DNA of 64,000 bases from assembly GCA_038121585.1 (NCBI GenBank), contig JAYONY010000002.1, positions 221,900 through 285,899 of the forward strand, in the 5' to 3' direction. How positions within the stretch are numbered: the first letter of the stretch is position 1; the number at the start of each line of letters is the position of its first letter. Origin of the DNA: an archaeon. Lineage in GTDB: Archaea; Nanobdellota; Nanobdellia; Pacearchaeales; GW2011-AR1. Of this stretch, positions 45,604 to 53,062 are shown piece after piece. The notes below the pieces were generated by a model, which ran no database searches, was not told the DNA's origin, and saw nothing but the letters and a program-made list of their open reading frames with translations. A program made the translations under genes and the position numbers.

Positions 45604-46239
45604 ATGCGGCTTGAAATTGATGCGACTGGGTTTTATGATCGATTAGACGGTATTTTTGCGGGGGAACGGATTATTCATCCCCCAAACCAAATGGGGTATA
45701 CCGAACAATCATATGGTGAGGAGGTTATAGGGCCTGCTCCTGCTCCTGCTCGATTGGGGATTTATGGTGAAGAAGTGCTTTTGCCAGAACCATTCAGTAG
45801 ATTGCAAGCAACCTTTTCACGAGATGGTGATCGCTATACTGCAAGATGTTCATTTTATGGAGTCCGTTTTAAACCCTCTAAAGAAGGAAGAGATGCATTG
45901 TATGCAATGTATGAGGATATTTCAGATTCTTTTGCAAAGCAATTGGGAAGTAGCTGGGTTCCTGCAGGAAATCATGGTGAGGGGCTTATTGTTAATGAAG
46001 GCATTCCAATTGCGGCATTAATGCATAATGGGGATGAAGAAATGGGGGATTGTGCTGAAATAACCATTGGGGATATGGGCACACAGCCAAGAAAATATGG
46101 TGTAATGGATGAATTTTATCAAATGACTGGATTTTTAGAAAAGCTCTCTGAGCAGTATGCTAATGCATCGATTGATTGGGCTGTAGAAAAAGGGCGATTG
46201 GAAAATAACCCTGATTTACGATTACTGATTCGGCCGTAA
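45604..46239 (+). CDS. hypothetical protein between uvrC and uvrA
   Basis: 211-aa ORF with ATG; no motif. Confidence 0.45.
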   Translation: MRLEIDATGFYDRLDGIFAGERIIHPPNQMGYTEQSYGEEVIGPAPAPARLGIYGEEVLLPEPFSRLQATFSRDGDRYTARCSFYGVRFKPSKEGRDALYAMYEDISDSFAKQLGSSWVPAGNHGEGLIVNEGIPIAALMHNGDEEMGDCAEITIGDMGTQPRKYGVMDEFYQMTGFLEKLSEQYANASIDWAVEKGRLENNPDLRLLIRP

Positions 46240-49029
46240 TTACACTATTTTCTTCAAAAACTGACCAGTATGTGAAGCTTTGACTTTGACGATGTCCTCA
46301 GGTGTTCCTTGTGCTACGATTGTCCCTCCTTCGTCCCCTCCTTCAGGGCCGAGGTCTATAATCCAATCTGCTGATTTAACAACGTCTAAATTATGTTCAA
46401 TAACGACCATGGTATTCCCTTTTGAAACGAGGCCGTGGAGTACGTCGAGGAGCATATTGATATCATGGAAGTGCAGTCCTGTTGTTGGCTCGTCTAAGAG
46501 ATACAGTGTTTTACCGGTCCCTCGCTTTGCCAGTTCTCGTGTTAACTTAATTCGTTGTGCTTCCCCACCTGATAAGGTGGTTGCACTTTGTCCTAATTTA
46601 ATATAGTCAAGTCCAACATCATGAAGTGTTTTTATTTTGCGATGGATTGATGGTACTGCTTCAAAATGCGTAAGTGCTTCTTCAACACTCATGTCAAGCA
46701 CTTCAGCAATGTTTTTCCCTTTGTAGCGTACTTCGAGTGTTTCTCGATTATAGCGTTTTCCTTTACATTCCTCACATTCAACGTAGACGTCTGGCAAGAA
46801 ATTCATTTCGATTTTAATTGTTCCGTCTCCTTGACATTTCTCACACCGCCCGCCTTTCACATTAAATGAGAATCGTCCTTGGTTAAAACCGCGCATTTGC
46901 GCGTCTTTGGTTGTTGCAAAGAGTGTTCTAATATCATCGAAAACTTTAATGTACGTTGCTGGATTGCTTCGTGGTGTTCGGCCAATCGGACTTTGGTCAA
47001 TTACGATTATCTTGTCGATATCTCCATTAATCTTCAAGCTTTTGTGTTTTCCAGGTTTATCGGTTGAACCGTTAAACTGTTTCGCCATTGATTTATGCAG
47101 GATATCATGAATTAAGGTTGATTTTCCACTCCCTGAAACGCCGGTCACACAGGTTAAGACGCCTGTTGGGATTGAGACATCAATATTTTTGAGATTATGC
47201 TCGGTGCATCCAGTTAGTTCGATGCTCCCATTTTTATCACGTCGTTTAGTTGGCACCTTGATTTTCTTGGTACCTGCTAAGTATTGTCCAGTGAGCGAGT
47301 TTTTATTTTTCTTTATTTGCTCAGGTGTTCCTTCAGCGATAATTTTTCCACCGTGGATGCCTGCGCCAGGCCCAATATCTACGACATGGTCTGCTCGCTC
47401 AATGGTTTCTTCATCATGTTCTACAACAACTAATGTGTTTCCTAAGTCTCGGAGTCGGTGAAGTGTATCGATGAGTTTTGCATTATCTCGTTGGTGCAGG
47501 CCAATGGATGGTTCGTCAAGAATGTATAGAATTCCCATCAGGTTTGCTCCAATTTGTGTTGCTAAACGAATTCGTTGTGCTTCTCCACCTGATAACGTTC
47601 CCATTCGTCGTGATAAGTTCAGATAGCCTAAACCGACATTATTCAAAAACGTTAGTCGTGTAATAATTTCTTTTAAGATGAGTCGTGCGATTTGCGTCTC
47701 TTTTTTGGTCAGGGTGAGTTGTTCAAAAAACGCTAAACAATCTCTAACTGACATATCAGTTACGTCAATAATTGATTTATCATTAATTCTAACAGCAAGT
47801 ACTTTTTCTTTGAGGCGGCGTCCTGCACACGCTTTACACTCATGTGTTTGCATGTATTTTTCAAAGTTTTTTCTCCGCCAGTCTGAGTCTGTTTGTTTAT
47901 AGAGTCTGTCTGATTGAGGGATGAGCCCTTCCCATCCATCTTTAAGGTTCATGCTCGCTCCGTTAGACCATCGTCCTTTGAGTGGCTTATCAGTGCCGTA
48001 TAATAACACATCAAGCTGTGTTTTTGTTAGGTCTTCTATGGGGGTAAATAAGTCGAATTTGTATTTGCGCGCGACGACTTGCATTTGTTGCGCGCGCCAG
48101 GTGAGGTCGAGTTTTCCATAGATGGCAATTGCTCCGTCCATGATGCTTTTGCGTTTGTCTGGAATAATGAGGTCAGGGTCGAATTCTGTGCGGATGCCAA
48201 GCCCGTTACATTCTTCGCACGCGCCGAATGGACTGTTAAACGAGAACATGCGCGGTTGGAGTTCTTCAAATGCTATCCCACACTCTGGACATGCTAAGTT
48301 GGCGGAGTATGTTTTGACAGTGCCCTTGCTGTCTTGTACCATAACAAGTCCCTCTCCCTTGCCGAGTGCTGCTTCGGTTGCTTCAGTTACACGTGATAAG
48401 TCTTCTGGTTTAACTCTATCAATCACAACGTAGATATCGTGTTTAACGTACCGATCTAAATTAACTTTCTCATCTGTCCGTTGTATTTTCCCATCAACGT
48501 ATACCCGAGTATACCCTTCTTTATTGAGATCTACAATGAGTTGTTCATATGTTCCTTTTTTCTGGCGAATGATAGGGGCCATAATTACTATATCTTCATC
48601 ATGATCTTCAGCAATGTGTTGTGCAATGCGTTCTGGCGATTGTGCTTCAATCTTGATATTGTGGTCTGGACAGTGCGGTGTTCCAACACGGGCAAAGAGG
48701 AGTCTCAGATAGTCATATACTTCAGTCGTTGTTCCTACCGTGGAACGAGGATTTTTTGAAGTTGTTTTTTGCTCGATAGAAATCGCTGGTGACAAGCCAT
48801 CGATTGACTCAACATCTGGCTTATTCATAAGACCTAAGAACTGCCGTGCGTACGCGGATAAGGATTCTACGTACCGTCTCTGACCCTCAGCGTACAAGGT
48901 ATCAAATGCAAGTGTTGATTTTCCAGATCCTGACAGGCCAGTTATGACTATAAATTTGTCCCGTGGTAATGTCACTGTAATATTCTGTAAATTATGCTCT
49001 TTCGCTCCGCGAATAACAATGTCTTTCAT
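46240..49029 (-). CDS. uvrA: excinuclease ABC subunit A
   Basis: Two ABC modules (GLSGSGKSTLAFDT, GVSGSGKSTLIHD, two LSGGEAQRI signatures) and zinc-finger CxxC pairs. ATG 49029 (MKDIVIRGAKEHNL) preferred over the track start at 49095. Confidence 0.95.
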   Translation of the reverse strand: MKDIVIRGAKEHNLQNITVTLPRDKFIVITGLSGSGKSTLAFDTLYAEGQRRYVESLSAYARQFLGLMNKPDVESIDGLSPAISIEQKTTSKNPRSTVGTTTEVYDYLRLLFARVGTPHCPDHNIKIEAQSPERIAQHIAEDHDEDIVIMAPIIRQKKGTYEQLIVDLNKEGYTRVYVDGKIQRTDEKVNLDRYVKHDIYVVIDRVKPEDLSRVTEATEAALGKGEGLVMVQDSKGTVKTYSANLACPECGIAFEELQPRMFSFNSPFGACEECNGLGIRTEFDPDLIIPDKRKSIMDGAIAIYGKLDLTWRAQQMQVVARKYKFDLFTPIEDLTKTQLDVLLYGTDKPLKGRWSNGASMNLKDGWEGLIPQSDRLYKQTDSDWRRKNFEKYMQTHECKACAGRRLKEKVLAVRINDKSIIDVTDMSVRDCLAFFEQLTLTKKETQIARLILKEIITRLTFLNNVGLGYLNLSRRMGTLSGGEAQRIRLATQIGANLMGILYILDEPSIGLHQRDNAKLIDTLHRLRDLGNTLVVVEHDEETIERADHVVDIGPGAGIHGGKIIAEGTPEQIKKNKNSLTGQYLAGTKKIKVPTKRRDKNGSIELTGCTEHNLKNIDVSIPTGVLTCVTGVSGSGKSTLIHDILHKSMAKQFNGSTDKPGKHKSLKINGDIDKIIVIDQSPIGRTPRSNPATYIKVFDDIRTLFATTKDAQMRGFNQGRFSFNVKGGRCEKCQGDGTIKIEMNFLPDVYVECEECKGKRYNRETLEVRYKGKNIAEVLDMSVEEALTHFEAVPSIHRKIKTLHDVGLDYIKLGQSATTLSGGEAQRIKLTRELAKRGTGKTLYLLDEPTTGLHFHDINMLLDVLHGLVSKGNTMVVIEHNLDVVKSADWIIDLGPEGGDEGGTIVAQGTPEDIVKVKASHTGQFLKKIV

Positions 49030-49150
49030 ACTAATACTGCCTAAAAAAGGGTTTATCAAGCTTTGGTTAACGCCGTTTTTATCGAAGAATCTCAATGTGT
49101 GAAGGATGAAATTTCAAAGCCTTTTTAATAGCTAAAAGGTTATTCTAATC

Positions 49151-50608
49151 ATGGAAAAGAAAGTGAAGCATCCTCATTTCAGATTAGCGATTACTGCGGT
49201 TTTTGTTATCTGGCTTGCTGTTTCGGCTCATAATAGTCTCAAGCCAATGCCTCTAGGGACGAGTGTTGAAGGAGAGATACATTCCCTCCCTCCTGAAAAT
49301 ATTGCATTTCTCTATGATCTTACGTATACGGATACTGATGGTGAACGAGTGTACGAACAAGAAATTTTTGATGAAATCTACTCTATTGTTGACTCGGCAG
49401 AACGATTTATTGTGCTTGACATGTTTTTATTCAATCAAGACTATCCTGGTAAAGATGAGCTATTACCCTTAAGTGCTACGCTTAAGAATAAATTAATTGA
49501 GCGAAAATCATTGCATCCTGAAATGGAAATTCTGTTTGTAACAGACCCTATCAATAATTTTTACGGAAGTTATGAAAGCGAACTTATTACTGAACTCAAA
49601 GATGCAGGTGTTACTGTTGTAGTAACTGATTTGACTAAATTACGGGATTCGAATATGCTCTATTCAAGTATGTGGCGAACATATTTACAGTGGTTTGGAA
49701 CACGAGGTGAGGGGTGGCTTGCACATCCGTTAGGGAATACGGATCATGACGTTACACTAAGATCCTATCTTTCACTCTTGAATACTAAGGCAAATCATCG
49801 AAAACTAATTGTCGCTGATGAGGGTGAGTCAATAGTCTCTTTTGTCACGTCGGCTAATCCTCATGATGCAAGTGGCTACCATTCTAATGTAGCGATTAAA
49901 ATTGAGGGTGGTGTCTGGGAAGACATTTTAGAATCAGAGTATGGTATAGCTGCATTTTCAGGTACTGCTCTTGAGCAACCAGATACGTCTTTCGTGACTG
50001 AGGGAGCGACCGGTGAGGCAACAGTACAATTCTTGAGTGAAGGGGCTATAAAGCGAGGATTATTGACTGAACTTGAAACAACTACAGCAGGTGATGCGAT
50101 TGATATTGCAATGTTCTACCTTTCAGACAAAGATGTTGTACAGGCATTGCTAGATGCGAGCAGTCGCGGTGTAGCTATAAGGCTAATTTTAGACCCAAAC
50201 AAAGATGCCTTCTCACGAGAAAAAAATGGTATTCCTAACCGGCAAGTTGCGTATGAACTAGTCAAGGCAACGAATGGAGAAATATCATTACGGTGGTTTA
50301 ACACAAATGGTGAGCAATTCCATACCAAAATGATTGTTGTGCATAAAGCTAATGGGCGAATGATTATTTTCTTAGGTTCAGCAAATATTACTCGAAGAAA
50401 TATTGATGACTTAAATCTTGAAGGTAATGTTAAAGTTACAGTTGGTAGTGATGCTGCGCTCGCACAAGAAATTAGAGCATATTACGAGCGTATATGGTCT
50501 AATGATGGAGGAATATTTACACTAGGATTTACTGCGTATGAAGATGGGAGTATTCTCAAACAAGTAGTCTATCATATTCAAGAATCAACGGGGTTGAGCA
50601 CGTTCTAA
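49151..50608 (+). CDS. membrane-anchored phospholipase D / cardiolipin synthase-like protein (two HKD-type motifs)
   Basis: N-terminal TM. HRKLIVAD..TSANPHD and HTKMIVVH..GSANITRRN (second motif has His in place of Asp). Confidence 0.75.
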   Translation: MEKKVKHPHFRLAITAVFVIWLAVSAHNSLKPMPLGTSVEGEIHSLPPENIAFLYDLTYTDTDGERVYEQEIFDEIYSIVDSAERFIVLDMFLFNQDYPGKDELLPLSATLKNKLIERKSLHPEMEILFVTDPINNFYGSYESELITELKDAGVTVVVTDLTKLRDSNMLYSSMWRTYLQWFGTRGEGWLAHPLGNTDHDVTLRSYLSLLNTKANHRKLIVADEGESIVSFVTSANPHDASGYHSNVAIKIEGGVWEDILESEYGIAAFSGTALEQPDTSFVTEGATGEATVQFLSEGAIKRGLLTELETTTAGDAIDIAMFYLSDKDVVQALLDASSRGVAIRLILDPNKDAFSREKNGIPNRQVAYELVKATNGEISLRWFNTNGEQFHTKMIVVHKANGRMIIFLGSANITRRNIDDLNLEGNVKVTVGSDAALAQEIRAYYERIWSNDGGIFTLGFTAYEDGSILKQVVYHIQESTGLSTF

Positions 50609-51027
50609 TGTGGCGTAAGCGAACACAGCTCTGGGCAGCTGCAGATTTGATAGTTGAGCATGAAGGGGGTATTGTACTCGTGAAGCGAGGGCATGAACCC
50701 TGGAAAGGCATGTGGGCGATGCCTGGTGGCGGACTTGATATTGGTGAGGAAACAATAGAGCATACTGCAATTCGAGAACTTAAGGAAGAAACAGGTCTTA
50801 CAGCAACAAAGAAGAATCTAACATTATTCAATGTCTATTCAGACCCGCGACGTGACCCGAGAGGCCATGTTATCTCGCACGTATTTATCATTCGAGGTGC
50901 GAAAGGCAAGCTCAAGAACGGAAGTGACGCTGCAGATATCAAAGTAGTCAAAGGCATACCTAAAACATTAGCAAGTGACCACGCTAAAATTCTGCGAGAC
51001 TACCAAAGGCACAAGGACAAGCTTTAA
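50608..51027 (+). CDS. Nudix hydrolase
   Basis: Nudix box GGGLDIGEETIEHTAIRELKEETGL. ATG overlaps the PLD stop (TAATG). Confidence 0.85.
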   Translation: MWRKRTQLWAAADLIVEHEGGIVLVKRGHEPWKGMWAMPGGGLDIGEETIEHTAIRELKEETGLTATKKNLTLFNVYSDPRRDPRGHVISHVFIIRGAKGKLKNGSDAADIKVVKGIPKTLASDHAKILRDYQRHKDKL

Positions 51028-51059
51028 AAGCACGTTTCAACCCAGTAACTATACATCAT

Positions 51060-51135
51060 AGCGGGATGGAGCAGTCTGGAGTGCTCGCGAGGCCCATAAC
51101 CTCGAGGTCGTGTGGTTCAAATCCCACTCCCGCTA
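51060..51135 (+). tRNA. tRNA-Met(CAU), probably initiator (A1:U72); non-canonical C33 and a bulged T stem
   Basis: AGCGGGA-TG-GAGC-AGTCTGGAGT-GCTC-G-CGAGG-CCCATAA-CCTCG-AGGTC-GTG(T)GG-TTCAAAT-CCCAC-TCCCGCT-A. Confidence 0.75.
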
Positions 51136-51280
51136 CTCTCTTAATCTAACTTAGTTTTCAAATGGTCAAATTCATACGAATTTGAGCCGCCCAAATTATA
51201 GATTTTGAGCGCCCGCCCCTGCTACTACTGTTCCTAAGAACTATACAAATGTACTTTAAGAAAAAGCAGTTCTTTCTTGC

Positions 51281-51502
51281 ATGGGTAAGTATAAACTTTA
51301 TCATTCAGCTCAGTTTGATAAGAAATTGCAAAAGTTTGATAGTGCGTTTCAAAAACGAGTGGATAAAATTGAAAATCAGCTTGTTGAGAATCCGTATCTT
51401 TGAGATCCTTTAAATGTGAAGTGGTTTCGCGAGAAGCGTATTGATGCTGGGAATTTAGCGTGTGCTATTGAAAAAGAGTATGGTGAGATAAGTCCGTTCT
51501 AG
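51281..51502 (+). pseudogene. degraded RelE/ParE-family toxin gene with in-frame TGA
   Basis: MGKYKLYHSAQFDKKLQKFDSAFQKRVDKIENQLVENPYL, then TGA (51401-51403), then DPLNVKWFREKRI.. The N-terminal half matches the usual RelE/ParE pattern. The C-terminal half is short and divergent. No antitoxin ORF upstream. Confidence 0.4.
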
Positions 51503-51508
51503 CCCCCG

Positions 51509-52261
51509 CTAATCCTTCCTTTCCTCGCGCGGTCGGTAGCGTGCGACAAGTGTTTGAATATAGTTTCGTTCCGCGTCTTGGAGCGTGCGTTGGATTTCAT
51601 CACCTTGGTAATCGATGGGGTGTGTGGTGTCTTTGGGAAGGATAAGTAAATCATACCCAAATCCTGTTTGAAGGTCTTCTTGTGCGCTGGTTACTGCTTC
51701 TCGCGCGATTTGTATGAGTGTTCCGGTATCAAGTGCGTCGCGATCGATTGGTGTACCGTTCAGTGCTTTTTCGCGATAGACGCGTTCAATGTATTTTTCT
51801 GCTTTTTCCCCGCCTGTTCCGGCAGTAAAATAATCAAATGAGTGGTTCTCATCTACGCTGAGTAAATTGCCAAACGAATCAACTTCCCAAACCCCAAATT
51901 CTGGTTTGCGCGTACAAAAGAGCATTTCATACGTTGACTCATCAGTTCTGTCACGGAGTGCTATGCGTCGATTCAAATCATAAAATTCAGGGAAGACTTT
52001 TGTTGCTACCGCATTACTAATCATTGCTTGAGCTTGTTCTTTAGACGAACCGTACCGTGCATGTCCTTTGAGCATCCCGATGAAGCGATTGAGTTCTTTT
52101 GATTCGCCCCCTCCAGTAAATGCGAGCGCCCAGTGCTTACCATATTTTATTTTTTGAACTGGTTGTTTTGAGACGGGATTGTCGCCATCATATTCTGTTT
52201 CTTGATTGTCTGATGCAAGGACTATGTGGTCGAGTGATGAAAATCCAATGGTTGTTGACAT
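51509..52261 (-). CDS. divergent proteasome-beta/HslV-like Ntn-hydrolase-fold protein (tentative)
   Basis: MSTTIGFSSLDHIVLASDNQ (Thr-Thr near the N-terminus followed by a hydrophobic-ASD strand), AFTGGGES, YFTAGTGGEKAEKYIE (compare GSG..a..ale of beta subunits). Confidence 0.45.
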   Translation of the reverse strand: MSTTIGFSSLDHIVLASDNQETEYDGDNPVSKQPVQKIKYGKHWALAFTGGGESKELNRFIGMLKGHARYGSSKEQAQAMISNAVATKVFPEFYDLNRRIALRDRTDESTYEMLFCTRKPEFGVWEVDSFGNLLSVDENHSFDYFTAGTGGEKAEKYIERVYREKALNGTPIDRDALDTGTLIQIAREAVTSAQEDLQTGFGYDLLILPKDTTHPIDYQGDEIQRTLQDAERNYIQTLVARYRPREERKD

Positions 52262-52343
52262 ACGTGCATATCGATTCGCTTGTTTATAATTATCTCGCGT
52301 CTAGAATAGTATGATTTTTATACACTCCTTATTTTTGTCATCT

Positions 52344-53021
52344 ATGATTATTGGTATTGACGATGCAGGACGAGGGCCGCTGATTGGCCCGATGTATTTA
52401 GCAGGTGTGCTTTTAACACCTGAGCAAGAAGCGATTCTCAAACAAGAAGGCATTACTGATTCGAAAGCCTTAGCACATTCGTCTCGGCTCAGAATGGCTG
52501 CAATTATCAAGAAGAATTGTACAAAGTATCATGTTGTTGAATCAACGCCTGCTCAAATTGATAAGGCAGTTGATGGTGGGGTAAATTTGAACACCCTTGA
52601 AGCACAAAAAACGGCGGATATAATAAATGAACTCAATGACAAAGATACCCAAATCAAAGTCGTAGTTGATTGTCCTTCAGTTAATACGATGGCCTGGCGT
52701 GGTACGCTCTTAGAATACGTACATCCCCGAGCGAATCTTCAGGTGATTTGTGAGCACAAGGCGGATGCAAATCATATTTCTGCTGCTGCTGGGTCGATTT
52801 TAGCAAAAGTTGCGCGTGAGGAGGCTGTTATGAGCCTTAAACAGCAATACGGAGACTTCGGTTCGGGCTATCCAGCAGACCCTAAAACCAAGTCATTTCT
52901 AGAAAATAAGGGTAAGGAACTTGCGGATACGGGCATTTTTCGTAAATCTTGGTCTACCTGGAAAAAGATGTATCCTGCTGGGAGCACGAGTAAAGACCAA
53001 CGCTCACTATCTGACTTCTAG
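52344..53021 (+). CDS. rnhB: ribonuclease HII
   Basis: MIIGIDDAGRGPLIGPM (DEDD Asp/Glu motif), DSK, GSGYPADP. ATG 52344 preferred over the track start at 52311. Confidence 0.9.
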   Translation: MIIGIDDAGRGPLIGPMYLAGVLLTPEQEAILKQEGITDSKALAHSSRLRMAAIIKKNCTKYHVVESTPAQIDKAVDGGVNLNTLEAQKTADIINELNDKDTQIKVVVDCPSVNTMAWRGTLLEYVHPRANLQVICEHKADANHISAAAGSILAKVAREEAVMSLKQQYGDFGSGYPADPKTKSFLENKGKELADTGIFRKSWSTWKKMYPAGSTSKDQRSLSDF

Positions 53022-53032
53022 AGCGACGTGTA

Positions 53033-53042
53033 CTTTAAATAT
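53033..53042 (+). promoter_or_regulatory. TATA box candidate for the SMC gene
   Basis: CTTTAAATAT centred about 25 nt upstream of ATG 53063. Confidence 0.4.
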
Positions 53043-53062
53043 CTGGTTTTCGAGGGTACGCT

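Noticed and set aside
773-51403. Stop-codon reassignment, or Pyl/Sec decoding, as an explanation for the in-frame TAG (773-775) and TGA (51401-51403)
   Set aside because: TAA, TAG and TGA each terminate several confidently identified genes at the expected protein ends. Examples are TGA for thrS, TAG for trpS, ppsA, smc and rnhB, and TAA for uvrA, gltX and the DEAD helicase. Both in-frame stops sit in weak or degraded genes.
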